A DNA stretch of 64,000 nt from NCBI GenBank assembly GCA_022711765.1, contig JAKLEB010000002.1:689726-753725 (forward strand). Direction: 5' to 3'. Of this stretch, positions 11,278 through 22,747 are shown one piece after another. The notes beneath the pieces are model-generated. The model made no database searches. It was not told the DNA's origin and saw nothing but the letters and a program-made list of their open reading frames with translations. The position numbers were made by a program, and so were the translations under genes. The DNA comes from Candidatus Krumholzibacteriota bacterium. Its GTDB lineage: Bacteria; Krumholzibacteriota; Krumholzibacteriia; LZORAL124-64-63. Position 1 is the first letter of the stretch. Each line of letters begins with the position of its first letter.

Positions 11278-11382
11278 CGGCTCCGGTCGACCGGCTGGTT
11301 CGCGCGAGCCCCTTGTCTGCATCGCCTGGAAGCGGGATAATCCTGGTTGACTGACGCCCGCCAACCCATGAGGAGCGGTCCC

Positions 11383-13047
11383 ATGCGTGCCTGTCTGGTT
11401 CTCTGCGCCCTGCTCGCGCCCGCGGTCGCTGCCGCCGACGTGACGTTGTCGACGATCCCCACCTGGATGTCGGTCGAGACCGACTTCAACGGCACGGGCC
11501 TCGACGTCGGCGACGTCGACGGCGACGGCTGGCTCGACCTCGCCGTGAGCAACGGCAACGACATCACCGCGTCGCCGAACTTCGTCTACCTGAGCCGGGA
11601 CGGCACGCTGCCCACCCAGGCCTCGTGGCTGAGCGACGACGAGCGCTTCAGCGGCCACTGCCAGCTTGCGGACGTCGACCACGACGGATTCCCCGAGCTG
11701 ATGGTCGCCAACTACATCGCCGCCGGCTGGGGGCCGGCGCAGGTGCAGCTGTACGACAACGTGGGCGGGGCGCTGGCGACCACGCCGACGTGGGAGACTC
11801 CCCCGACGATCCACAGCTTCCGCGCCGCCTTCGGCGACCCCGACCAGGACGGCGATCTCGACCTCGCCGTCGCCACGGGCGAGGCGTACAACGGGTACTA
11901 CGAGACCAACCGGATCTATTTCAACACGGGCGGCGCGCTCGCCACCGCGCCGGGCTGGACGAGCGCGGTCGCGGATGCGTCGTACGACATCAAGTTCGTC
12001 GACGTCGACGTGGACGGCGATCAGGACCTGGCCTGCCTCGGTGGCGGCTCGACCGGCAGGGTCCGGATCTACCTGAACGACGGCGGGGTGATCGCGACCG
12101 TCGCCGGCTGGACCACGACCGCCATCGACAACGGCAACACCTTCGACTTCGACGACCTCGACGGAGACGGCCGACCCGACCTGCTCGTCGGGTTCAACTC
12201 GCAACTGGGCGGCAGCGGCAAATTCGCCGTGTACCTGACTGCGGGCGGCGCGCTGCCCACGACGCCGACCTGGACGAGCGCCTTCAGCGGCTACGCCTCC
12301 GCCGTGGTCTGCTGCGACGTCGACGGCGAGAACGGGCCGGACCTCGTCTGCGGCGGCTGGTGGGAGCCGGTGCGCATCTACCTGAACCACGGGACGGGCG
12401 GCTTCGGGCGCGACCCGGAGTGGCAGACGGACGCCGCCTGGGAGTCCGTGGTCGAGAACCTCTGCTTCGCGGACTTCGACGAGTCGCACGCGCGGCAGGC
12501 GACGGCCGCGTTCCCGGCCGGCTCGCGCCTGCTGCCGCTGCCGGACCGGCACCTTCAGGCCGTGACCTCGGTATCCGTGGCGGGCAGCGAGCTGCCGGCG
12601 GCCGGCTGGTGCGCCAGTCTGCGCGACGGCTGGGTCTCGCTCGCGAACGCGGCGGCTGGTCCGGTCACCGTCGCCTACCGGGTGTCCGACGCGACCGACC
12701 TCGCGATCAGCAACTGGGACCAGGCCACGTTCGTCTTCCACGACCTGCGGCCGACGGCGGCTCCCGCCGCCGTGCCCGCCGCGGCGATCGGCGAGCTGAG
12801 GGCATGGCCCAATCCCTTCAACCCGAACACGACGCTCGGCTTCCGGCTCGCCGCCGCGACGCCCGAAGCGAGCGTCCGCGTCTACGATCTGCGGGGGCGC
12901 CTGGTCGACACGGTCCAAGCGGGACCGCTCGGCGAGGGCGCGCACCGGTTCGAGTGGCGGCCGCGCGGACTCGCCAGCGGCGTATACCTGTACCGGGTCG
13001 CGGCAGGGTCCGCGGTCGCCGGCGGCAAGATCGTGCTGGCCAGGTGA
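11383..13047 (+). CDS. FG-GAP/VCBS-repeat secreted protein with C-terminal FlgD-Ig-like (T9SS-CTD-like) domain
   Basis: Signal peptide MRACLVLCALLAPAVAAA; repeated DVDGDGWLDL / DQDGDLDL / DVDGDQDL FG-GAP motifs; C-terminus WPNPFNPNTTLGFRL...VRVYDLRGRLV...GVYLYRV. AGGAG RBS 7 nt upstream. Confidence 0.8.
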   Translation: MRACLVLCALLAPAVAAADVTLSTIPTWMSVETDFNGTGLDVGDVDGDGWLDLAVSNGNDITASPNFVYLSRDGTLPTQASWLSDDERFSGHCQLADVDHDGFPELMVANYIAAGWGPAQVQLYDNVGGALATTPTWETPPTIHSFRAAFGDPDQDGDLDLAVATGEAYNGYYETNRIYFNTGGALATAPGWTSAVADASYDIKFVDVDVDGDQDLACLGGGSTGRVRIYLNDGGVIATVAGWTTTAIDNGNTFDFDDLDGDGRPDLLVGFNSQLGGSGKFAVYLTAGGALPTTPTWTSAFSGYASAVVCCDVDGENGPDLVCGGWWEPVRIYLNHGTGGFGRDPEWQTDAAWESVVENLCFADFDESHARQATAAFPAGSRLLPLPDRHLQAVTSVSVAGSELPAAGWCASLRDGWVSLANAAAGPVTVAYRVSDATDLAISNWDQATFVFHDLRPTAAPAAVPAAAIGELRAWPNPFNPNTTLGFRLAAATPEASVRVYDLRGRLVDTVQAGPLGEGAHRFEWRPRGLASGVYLYRVAAGSAVAGGKIVLAR

Positions 13048-13057
13048 CGGCCCGCCG

Positions 13058-13741
13058 CTAGAACGGCTGCCCCAGCGCTTCGCAGAGGAACTTCACGAAC
13101 GGCGCCGAGCGGCGGAAGACCGTCGCGACGCGCTCGAGCGCGTCCGCGGCGAGCACGTCGCGGTGCGTGAGCGATCGCCAGACCCCGTATTCCTTCCAGC
13201 GCAGCTCGCCGGCCTGCGGGTGGTCCTTGGCGTAACCGGCGGGCACGCGCTGCAGCTGCTCGCCGAATCGCTCCAGGCTCGCCACGCCGGGGTCGTCGAG
13301 CACGGCCTGCCAGCGGGCGGGCCGCGCGGCGATCGCCTCGCGGATCCGGCTCAGCGCGGGCGCGTCCGGCTGCCAGACGCCGGCGGCGGCCAGGCACCCG
13401 CGTGGTTCGAGGTGGACGTAGAAGCCGGGCGCGTGCGCGTCGCGTCCGTTCTCGTGGCGGAAGTGGATGCCGGCGTGCGTCTTGTAGGGGCTCTTGTCCG
13501 CGCTGAAGCGGACGTCGCGGTGGATGCGGAAGAGCGAGCCGCCGCTCGGCCGCGGGTCGGCGTCGAAGTGGGGGCTCACCGCGCGCAGATGCGGGCCGAA
13601 GTCCACGATGAAGCGCAGCGCCGGCGTCTTGACGTGCTCCTCGTAACGGTCGCGGTTCCGCTGGAACCAGTCGCGGTCGTTATGCGCGGCGAGATCCTCG
13701 AGGAACGCGAAGAGCGCGGGCGTGAAGTACGGTCTGGCCAT
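13058..13741 (-). CDS. DUF2461 (TIGR02453) family protein
   Basis: N-terminus FLEDLAAHNDRDWFQRNRDRYEEHVKTPAL and HRDVRFSADKSPYKTH match DUF2461. Confidence 0.7.
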   Translation of the reverse strand: MARPYFTPALFAFLEDLAAHNDRDWFQRNRDRYEEHVKTPALRFIVDFGPHLRAVSPHFDADPRPSGGSLFRIHRDVRFSADKSPYKTHAGIHFRHENGRDAHAPGFYVHLEPRGCLAAAGVWQPDAPALSRIREAIAARPARWQAVLDDPGVASLERFGEQLQRVPAGYAKDHPQAGELRWKEYGVWRSLTHRDVLAADALERVATVFRRSAPFVKFLCEALGQPF

Positions 13742-13745
13742 GCGG

Positions 13746-14516
13746 TCAGGGCTCCTTCTCGTCGTCGATCGCCTCGAAGCGGCGGTCCGGGTAGGCGACG
13801 ACCAGCGTGCCGTCCACCGCGGTCAGGCCGCAGGCGGTCTCGTCCGGCAGCGTGAAGTACCGCGTGACGACGCCGCCGGCGAAGCCCTGGACCACGGCCG
13901 CGCCGGTGGTGTCCGCGCCGAGCGCCCAGAGCCAGCCGTCGAGCCAGGTCACGGCCCGCACGCCGGTCGCCGGGTCGAACAGGCTGAGCTCGTGAGTCTC
14001 CGGCAGGCTCGATTCGCCGGCGAATCCCGGCCCGTACTGCACGGTCGTGTAGGTCGTCGTGCCGGGGTCGCGGTAGATGACCACGAAGGAGTCGACGTCG
14101 GCGCGCCAGGCGATCCCGCAAGCCAGCGCGTGGCTGCCGACGAAGGGGTCCGCCCGGGTCCAGCCGATCTCGCCGACCGGCGAGACGGCGAAGAGCTGGC
14201 CGGTGCCGCGCGCCTGGAGATAGAGCGACTCGCCGTCGCTGCAGGCGGCGAGGTACCCCATCCCGTTCAAGCCGAGGCCGAAGCGGCCCTCCGGGAAGCC
14301 CCCCGGCGCGAACTTGAAGAGGTCGATCTGGCTGCCGCCGTGGCCGGACCGATCCTCGTTGGTCGTGAACAGATAGCCGCCCAGCGCCGCCACGTCGGCG
14401 ATCGGGTCGGTCAGGGTGTCGCGGTCGGTCGCGATCTCGTCCTCGTCGTCGCAGCCCGCGAGGACCAGGGCGACGGCGACCGCGGCCGCGGTCGCCAGCA
14501 GTTCGCGGTGGGACAT
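13746..14516 (-). CDS. hypothetical lipoprotein
   Basis: Lipobox LVLAGCDDEDE; 256 aa, GC3-biased ORF; no recognisable family. Confidence 0.5.
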   Translation of the reverse strand: MSHRELLATAAAVAVALVLAGCDDEDEIATDRDTLTDPIADVAALGGYLFTTNEDRSGHGGSQIDLFKFAPGGFPEGRFGLGLNGMGYLAACSDGESLYLQARGTGQLFAVSPVGEIGWTRADPFVGSHALACGIAWRADVDSFVVIYRDPGTTTYTTVQYGPGFAGESSLPETHELSLFDPATGVRAVTWLDGWLWALGADTTGAAVVQGFAGGVVTRYFTLPDETACGLTAVDGTLVVAYPDRRFEAIDDEKEP

Positions 14517-14725
14517 GGCAGACCTCCTGGGACACCATGATTGAACACGCGTCCGCCGCGCGCGTCAACCCGGGCGCGGCCGCCGCCCGGACCGGCGGGC
14601 TCGCCCCCCGGCGCAACCGACTTTCCGCCCACGGTGCGCTGTGTTATCTTGCGAGGTCCTTGCGGGCCCGGCCCGCGCGACTGTCGGTGCCGCCCTGGGC
14701 ACGCCCGGAAAGGACCTCGAGGACC

Positions 14726-16210
14726 ATGGCCGAGATCACCAAGCGCTCGGAGGACTACAGCCGCTGGTACCTGGACGTCATCCGTGAAGCCGAGCTGGCG
14801 GACAACTCGCCCGTGCGCGGCTGCATGGTCATCCGGCCGAACGGCTACGCGATCTGGGAGAACATCCAGCGCGATCTCGACGACCGGTTCAAGGCGCTCG
14901 GCCACGTCAACGCGTACTTCCCGCTGTTGATCCCCAAGAGCTTCCTCGCCAAGGAGGCCGAACACGTCGAGGGCTTCGCCAAGGAATGCGCCATCGTCAC
15001 GCATCACCGGCTCAAGCAGGTGACGCACCCGGACGGCAGGGTCGACGTGGTCCCGGACCCCGAGTCGAAGCTGGAGGAGGAGTACGTCATCCGCCCCACC
15101 AGCGAGACCGTGATCTGGGACATGTACCGCAAGTGGATCCAGAGCTACCGGGACCTGCCCCTGCTGATCAACCAGTGGGCCAACGTGATGCGCTGGGAGC
15201 TGCGCACGCGGATGTTCCTGCGCACGACGGAATTCCTCTGGCAGGAGGGGCACACCGCCCATGCGACGGCCGCCGAGGGGCGCCAGGAGACCTTGCAGAT
15301 GCTCGAGACCTACCGCCGGTTCGCCGAGGAAGCCCTGGCGATGCCGGTCGTCGCGGGCACGAAGACCGCCAACGAGCGCTTCGCCGGCGCGGTCGAGACC
15401 TACTCGATCGAGGCGATGATGCAGGACAACAAGGCGCTGCAGGCGGCGACGAGCCACGACCTCGGCCAGAACTTCGCGAAGGCTTTCGACGTCAAGTTCC
15501 AGTCGGCCGAAGGCCAGGTCGACCACGTGTGGGCCACGAGCTGGGGCATGTCGACGCGCATCGTCGGCGCCCTCATCATGACGCACAGCGACGACGATGG
15601 CCTGGTGCTGCCGCCGCGGATCGCGCGCGCCAAGGCGGTCGTCGTGCCGATCTGGAAGAACGACGAGGAGAAGGCGGCGGTCTGCGAGGCCGCCCGCCGG
15701 CTCGCCGCCGAGCTGCGCCCGGCGATCGGCCCGGTCCACGTCGACGACCGCGACAACCTGCGCCCCGGCTGGAAGTACAGCGAGTGGGAGCGCAAGGGCG
15801 TGCCGCTGCGCCTGGAGATCGGGCCGCGCGACGTCGCCGGCCAGACCGCCGTCTTGAAGTCGCGCCACGACCGCGCCAAGACCACCGTGCCCTTTGCGGG
15901 GATCGTGGCCGGCGTCGAGGCCGAGCTGGCGCGCATCCAGGACGACCTGCTCGCGCGCGCCCGGCGGCGCCTGGTCGCCAACACGTGCCGGGTCGACACC
16001 TGGGACGATTTCGTCGACCTCTTCGAGAACCGCGGCGGCGGCTTCGCGATGTGCCACTGGTGCGGTGACGGCCACTGCGAGCAGATGGTGCAGGACAAGA
16101 CCAAGGTCACGATTCGCAACATCCCGTTCGAGCGGGACGAGACTCCCGGCGCGTGCGTGCACTGCGGTAAGCCGAGCCGCGGCCGCGTGCTGTTCGCGCA
16201 GGGGTACTAG
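14726..16210 (+). CDS. proS: proline--tRNA ligase, archaeal/eukaryote-like type (no INS editing domain, C-terminal Zn-binding domain)
   Basis: Class II aaRS motifs, anticodon-binding domain and C-terminal HWCGDGHCE...CVHCGKPS zinc motif; 494 aa. Start at MAEITKRSEDYSRWY. Confidence 0.9.
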   Translation: MAEITKRSEDYSRWYLDVIREAELADNSPVRGCMVIRPNGYAIWENIQRDLDDRFKALGHVNAYFPLLIPKSFLAKEAEHVEGFAKECAIVTHHRLKQVTHPDGRVDVVPDPESKLEEEYVIRPTSETVIWDMYRKWIQSYRDLPLLINQWANVMRWELRTRMFLRTTEFLWQEGHTAHATAAEGRQETLQMLETYRRFAEEALAMPVVAGTKTANERFAGAVETYSIEAMMQDNKALQAATSHDLGQNFAKAFDVKFQSAEGQVDHVWATSWGMSTRIVGALIMTHSDDDGLVLPPRIARAKAVVVPIWKNDEEKAAVCEAARRLAAELRPAIGPVHVDDRDNLRPGWKYSEWERKGVPLRLEIGPRDVAGQTAVLKSRHDRAKTTVPFAGIVAGVEAELARIQDDLLARARRRLVANTCRVDTWDDFVDLFENRGGGFAMCHWCGDGHCEQMVQDKTKVTIRNIPFERDETPGACVHCGKPSRGRVLFAQGY

Positions 16211-16277
16211 CTTCCTTCGCGGTCGCCGCCGCCCGGGCGGGCGGCGCGGCGCCGGTGCGGGCACGGGAGGTACGGCC

Positions 16278-18188
<1,911 letters not shown>

Positions 18189-18189
18189 G

Positions 18190-19215
18190 CTAGTAGGACA
18201 TCGAGTCCAGCTTCACCTTGCCCTTGAACACCCGGTAGATGTGAATCGTGTAGCCGATCACGAGCGGCATCCCGATCGCGGCCATGACCAGCATCGTCTT
18301 GAGCGTGAGCGGCGAGCTGGACGCGTTGTACGCGGTCAAGCTGTTGGCGACGTCCGGCCGCGAGTGGATCAGCTCGGGGAACATGCCGAGCCCGAAGAGC
18401 AGCAAGAGCAACGCCATCGCCACCGCCGACGAGGTGAACGCGCGGACCTCGCGGCCCAGGTGCATCTCCCGCGGGATGTTCGCGATCGCGAGCACGTTCA
18501 GCGCGGGCACCAGGAACAGCAACGGCTGCCGGCGGAACGGCTCGGCCATGTGCTCGAGGTAGAGCAGCGTGGCGAGCGTGGTCACGGCGTACATGAGGAC
18601 GAAGAAGATGATGCAGGGGCGGACCCAGCCGCGCACGCGCTGGTTGAGGTCGCCCTCGGTCTTCATGACCAGGTAGATCGCGCCGTGCATCATGAAGACC
18701 GCGACCACCATGATCCCGGTGAGCAGCGAGTAGGGATGGATCTGCTGGAGCAGGTCGCCGCGGTAGCGGAACCCGGCCTCGATCGGCACGCCCCAGGCGA
18801 CGTTCCCCAGCGCGACGCCGATCAAGAGCGACGCGATCACGCTCGAGGCGCTGAACGCCCAGTCCCAGAACGCCCGCCAGGCGCGGCCGGCGCGCAGGCT
18901 GCGCACGTGGATCGACACCCCGCGGAAGATCAACATGAACAGCAAGAGGATGAACGCGACGTAGAAGCCGCTGAACGCCGTCGCGTATACGTGCGGGAAC
19001 GCGGCGAAGAGCGCGCCGCCGCCGGTCACGAGCCAGACCTGGTTGCCGTCCCAGAACGGGCCGATCGCGTTGAGGAAGACCCGGCGATCGCGATCGCTTC
19101 GCGCCAGCAGGTGGAGCGCGCCGGTGCCGAGGTCGAACCCATCCAGGATCGCGTAACCGGTGAGCAGGATGCCCACGAGGGCGTACCAGATCACGTTGTA
19201 GAGCTCGCTGCCCAT
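18190..19215 (-). CDS. cydB: cytochrome bd ubiquinol oxidase subunit II
   Basis: 341 aa polytopic protein MGSELYNVIWYALVGILLTGYAILDGFDLGTG... typical of CydB. Start overlaps the cydA stop (ATGA-type coupling). Confidence 0.85.
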   Translation of the reverse strand: MGSELYNVIWYALVGILLTGYAILDGFDLGTGALHLLARSDRDRRVFLNAIGPFWDGNQVWLVTGGGALFAAFPHVYATAFSGFYVAFILLLFMLIFRGVSIHVRSLRAGRAWRAFWDWAFSASSVIASLLIGVALGNVAWGVPIEAGFRYRGDLLQQIHPYSLLTGIMVVAVFMMHGAIYLVMKTEGDLNQRVRGWVRPCIIFFVLMYAVTTLATLLYLEHMAEPFRRQPLLFLVPALNVLAIANIPREMHLGREVRAFTSSAVAMALLLLLFGLGMFPELIHSRPDVANSLTAYNASSSPLTLKTMLVMAAIGMPLVIGYTIHIYRVFKGKVKLDSMSY

Positions 19216-20561
19216 CAGCGCACCTCCGCGACCGGGGGCAGGTCTTCGGGCAGGGGGCCCTTGCGGACCTTCTGGTCCAGCAGCACGATGAAGACGACGA
19301 AGAGCGCGAGGTAGATCACCGTGAACAGGATCAGGGAGAACAGGACCTGCCCGGCGGTGACCGTGTCGCTGGTGGCGTCGGCGGTGCGCATCAGCTCGTA
19401 GACGATCCACGGCTGGCGGCCGACCTCGGCGGCGGCCCAGCCGAGCTGGTTGGCGGCCTGGGGCAGCAGCACCGCCAGGACGTAGATCCACAGGAGCCAG
19501 CGCCAGCGGAACAACTGGCCGCGCCACGCGAGCAGCGCGCCCCCCCAGGCGAGTGCGATCAGGACCATCCCGATCGCGACCATCCAGTGGTAGCTCTGGA
19601 ACGTGAGCTGGACGGGCGGCCGGTCGGACGCCGGCCACTCGTCGAGGCCGCGGATCACGGTGTCCGTGCCGCCGCCCACGAGCCAGCTCAAGAGGCCGGG
19701 GATCTTGATGCCGCGGACCGTCCGGTTCTCCTCGTCGACCCAGCCGACGATCGTCAGGTCGGCGCTGGCGCCGGTCTCGTAGATCCCCTCGAAGGCCGCG
19801 AGCTTGGCGGGCTGGTGCTCGGCGACCATCACGGCGTTGCTGTGGCCGCTCACGAGCTGGCCGAGCGAGGCGACCGCGGCGACGGCCAGCGCGACCCGGA
19901 TCGAGGCGCGCGCGAACGCCTCGTGACGGCGCTTGAGCAGGTAGTACGCCGCCACCGAGATGACGAAGAACGCGCCGGCCTGCCAGGCGCCGAGCAGCGT
20001 GTGGACGAGGCGGTCGCCGGTGGAGGGATTGAGCACCGCGCCCCAGAAGCTCGTGATCTCGGCGCGCGGTCCGACCGCGGTCTCGACGATGCGGTACGCG
20101 GTCGGGGTCTGCATCCAGCTGTTGGCGACGATGATCCAGATCGCGCTGAAGTGCGCGCCCAGGCAGACCATCACGGTCGAGAAGAAGTGCAGGCGCGGGC
20201 TCACCCGCTCCCAGCCGAACAGCAGGACGGCGAGGAAGCCGGATTCGAGGAAGAACGCGAAGATGCCCTCGGCGGCGAGAGGGCTGCCGAAGATGTCCCC
20301 CACGAAGCGCGCGTAGCGGGACCAGTTGGTGCCGAACTCGAACTCCATGACGATGCCCGTGCCCACGCCGAACGCGAAGATCAGGCCGAATATGCGCACC
20401 CAGAACCGCGTGAGCTGGTGATAGAGCGGGTTGCGCGTGCGCAGGTAGAGCCCTTCCATCAGCACGAGCACGAGCCCCAGGCCGATGCTGAGCGGCGGGT
20501 AGAAGTAGTGGAAACCGATGGTGACGGCGAACTGGATCCGCGACAGTAGGACCATGTCCAT
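19215..20561 (-). CDS. cydA: cytochrome bd ubiquinol oxidase subunit I (short Q-loop type)
   Basis: MDMVLLSRIQFAVTIGFHYFYPPLSIGLG... and GRQPW motif; 448 aa. Confidence 0.9.
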   Translation of the reverse strand: MDMVLLSRIQFAVTIGFHYFYPPLSIGLGLVLVLMEGLYLRTRNPLYHQLTRFWVRIFGLIFAFGVGTGIVMEFEFGTNWSRYARFVGDIFGSPLAAEGIFAFFLESGFLAVLLFGWERVSPRLHFFSTVMVCLGAHFSAIWIIVANSWMQTPTAYRIVETAVGPRAEITSFWGAVLNPSTGDRLVHTLLGAWQAGAFFVISVAAYYLLKRRHEAFARASIRVALAVAAVASLGQLVSGHSNAVMVAEHQPAKLAAFEGIYETGASADLTIVGWVDEENRTVRGIKIPGLLSWLVGGGTDTVIRGLDEWPASDRPPVQLTFQSYHWMVAIGMVLIALAWGGALLAWRGQLFRWRWLLWIYVLAVLLPQAANQLGWAAAEVGRQPWIVYELMRTADATSDTVTAGQVLFSLILFTVIYLALFVVFIVLLDQKVRKGPLPEDLPPVAEVR

Positions 20562-20564
20562 CGT

Positions 20565-21824
20565 TCAGCTCACCGCCTCGCGCCCGATCGGCAGGGTCAG
20601 GCAGCGACAGCCGCCGCCGCCGCGGGCGAGCTCCGAACCGTCGATGGTGATCACGCAGCGCGCGTGCGCGTCCGGGTCGGCCCTGCCGGCGATGACGTCG
20701 CCGGCGGCGAGGATCGCGAAACCGTGCCGGTCGAGCTCGGCGAGCGTGTGCTCGTTGCGAGCGTAGCCGATGACCTTGCCGGGGGCCAGCGCGAAGAAGT
20801 TCGTGCCGGAATGCCACTGCTCCCGCTCCTGCGTCCAGCGATCGGCCGGCCCGCCGCAGACTGCGGGCGCGAGGTCGATGCCGATCTCGCGCAGCCCCGC
20901 GAGCAGCGAGTCGACCTCGCGGATCCGCTCGACCCTGCCGCCCGCGAGGCGGATCTGCACGGTCTCGTAGTGATTGTGCTCCAGGATGAGCGGGGCGTAG
21001 ACCATGCAGAGATCGCGGTCGAGCTGGGTGAACGCCATGTCGAGGTGGATGAACGACTCGGGCTCGGGCGGCAGTTCCTGCACGAAGACGTGGCGGACGG
21101 CGTGGTCGCCCGCGAGCCGCTCGAGCAGGAAGTCGACCGCGTGAGTGCTCGTGCGCCGGCCGACCCCGACGAGCAGCACGTCGTCGCGGATCACCAGCAC
21201 GTCGCCGCCCTCGATCGTGACCTCGGGGCGGTCAGCGCCCAGCCGGACCGGGTCGATGGTCTCGGTCCGCAGCTGCGGATGGTGGGTGAAGACGGCGTCC
21301 ATGATCAGCGCCTCGCGGGCGCGCACGGGGCTCGCCATGCGGCCGATGAGGACGCGGTCGCCGAGCGCGGCGGCGGCGTCGCGCATGAAGAAGAAGTTGT
21401 GCAGGGGCGGCAGGGCGAAGCGGTCGGGGCTCAGGAAGCGGGTCAGGGTGTCGCGCACCAGGGGCACGCCCTCGATCAGCGCGCGGGTCAGCTCCGCCGG
21501 CTCCAGGCCCAGCAGCGACGGCGCCAGCTCCGGCACCCGCTCGCGGGCGCAGACCCGCTCCACCAGGACCTCGCGCACGCTCCGCTCGGCGAGGATGTCC
21601 GCGAGCAGGTCGCGGACCGCGAAGGTGCGGGTCCAGCGCTCGAGCACGCCCTGCAGCTGCGCGTACTCCTGGGCGGCGACCCGCCGATTGAGGATGTCGC
21701 TGTAGAGCGCGCGCTCGGCCGTGGCCGGCGTCATCAGGGCGACCTCGGGACCCGGGCGGTGCAGGATCACGCCGGTGAGGCGGCCGACCTCCGAGCGCAC
21801 GTCGACCGGGAACGTCTCGCTCAT
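20565..21824 (-). CDS. arcA: arginine deiminase (amidinotransferase superfamily)
   Basis: N-terminus EVGRLTGVILHRPGPE, FFMRD motif and C-terminal catalytic Cys motif GGGGCRCLTLP; 419 aa; strong AAGGAAGGAG RBS. Ends 3 nt before the cydA start. Confidence 0.75.
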   Translation of the reverse strand: MSETFPVDVRSEVGRLTGVILHRPGPEVALMTPATAERALYSDILNRRVAAQEYAQLQGVLERWTRTFAVRDLLADILAERSVREVLVERVCARERVPELAPSLLGLEPAELTRALIEGVPLVRDTLTRFLSPDRFALPPLHNFFFMRDAAAALGDRVLIGRMASPVRAREALIMDAVFTHHPQLRTETIDPVRLGADRPEVTIEGGDVLVIRDDVLLVGVGRRTSTHAVDFLLERLAGDHAVRHVFVQELPPEPESFIHLDMAFTQLDRDLCMVYAPLILEHNHYETVQIRLAGGRVERIREVDSLLAGLREIGIDLAPAVCGGPADRWTQEREQWHSGTNFFALAPGKVIGYARNEHTLAELDRHGFAILAAGDVIAGRADPDAHARCVITIDGSELARGGGGCRCLTLPIGREAVS

Positions 21825-21853
21825 GATGCTCCTTCCTTGGCGGGCCGACTGGC

Positions 21854-22717
21854 TCAGCGCACCCGCGCGCGGCCGAGCGCCGCCAGAGCCGCCTCGAGGT
21901 CGGTCAGGTCCGCGACGCCGTCCAGGCGGTGCTCGTCGCCGACCAGCACGACGACCCCGGCGGAGGGAACCTCACGCCACGCGACCCGCTCGCCGCCGCG
22001 CTCCTGCAGGTGCCAGCTGCGGCCGAGGGTCTCGAAGAACCCGGCCGGCGGCGCGAAGGCGAAGAGCCGGTACCGGATGCTCGTCGCGGGGTCGCGGTAC
22101 GTCGCGTGCACGCACCCGCGCAGCTCGCCGAGGCCGAGGTAGTCACGACTCGCGTAGCCGGTCGAGCCGGGTATGCGGCCGGCGTCCGGGAGCCAGGATA
22201 GCTCCGGCGGCAGCTCGTCGCCGCCGGGCAGCCCCGCGGCCAGCGCCTCGACGATCGCCCGCAGCGCCTGCGCATCGAGGTCGCCGCGCGTGGCCTCGAC
22301 CTTCACGTAGAAGCGGTCCTTGAGCAGCAGCGCGCGGTAAGGCGGTTGCAGCACCGCGGCCGCGCCCGCGCGAACCGTGCCCTCGTCGCCGGCCGGACGC
22401 TCGAGCGCGAAGATCCCGAACGCGTCGAGGGGGCGACCCATGTCGTAGACGTGGAGCGAGATCGTCGTGTCGCCACGGGCGGCGTCGAGCGCGACGAGCT
22501 CGCGGCAGCCGTAGTCGAGGAACAGCGCCGCGGCGCCGCCGATGCAGGTCGAGAGGCGATCGGCCGGGTAGCGGACGGCGGGGGCGACCGCCTGCCAGCC
22601 GGCGGGCACCGGGACGTCGACGGGCGCGCCGTCGCCGGCCGGCGGCAGCGCCGTCGCCGGACAGGCGACGGCCAACAGGACGGTGGACGTCGCGACGGCG
22701 GGGATCCAGCAACGCAT
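21854..22717 (-). CDS. hypothetical secreted protein
   Basis: Signal peptide MRCWIPAVATSTVLLAVACPATA; strong GAGGAGG RBS; GC3-biased; no family recognised. Confidence 0.55.
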   Translation of the reverse strand: MRCWIPAVATSTVLLAVACPATALPPAGDGAPVDVPVPAGWQAVAPAVRYPADRLSTCIGGAAALFLDYGCRELVALDAARGDTTISLHVYDMGRPLDAFGIFALERPAGDEGTVRAGAAAVLQPPYRALLLKDRFYVKVEATRGDLDAQALRAIVEALAAGLPGGDELPPELSWLPDAGRIPGSTGYASRDYLGLGELRGCVHATYRDPATSIRYRLFAFAPPAGFFETLGRSWHLQERGGERVAWREVPSAGVVVLVGDEHRLDGVADLTDLEAALAALGRARVR

Positions 22718-22747
22718 CCGAAACCTCCTCGATCGGGCCGGGCTGAT

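Noticed and set aside
10135-12945. 936-aa minus-strand ORF
   Set aside because: Antisense to the methyltransferase and FG-GAP genes; junk composition (runs of R/G/A/V/D), no motifs.
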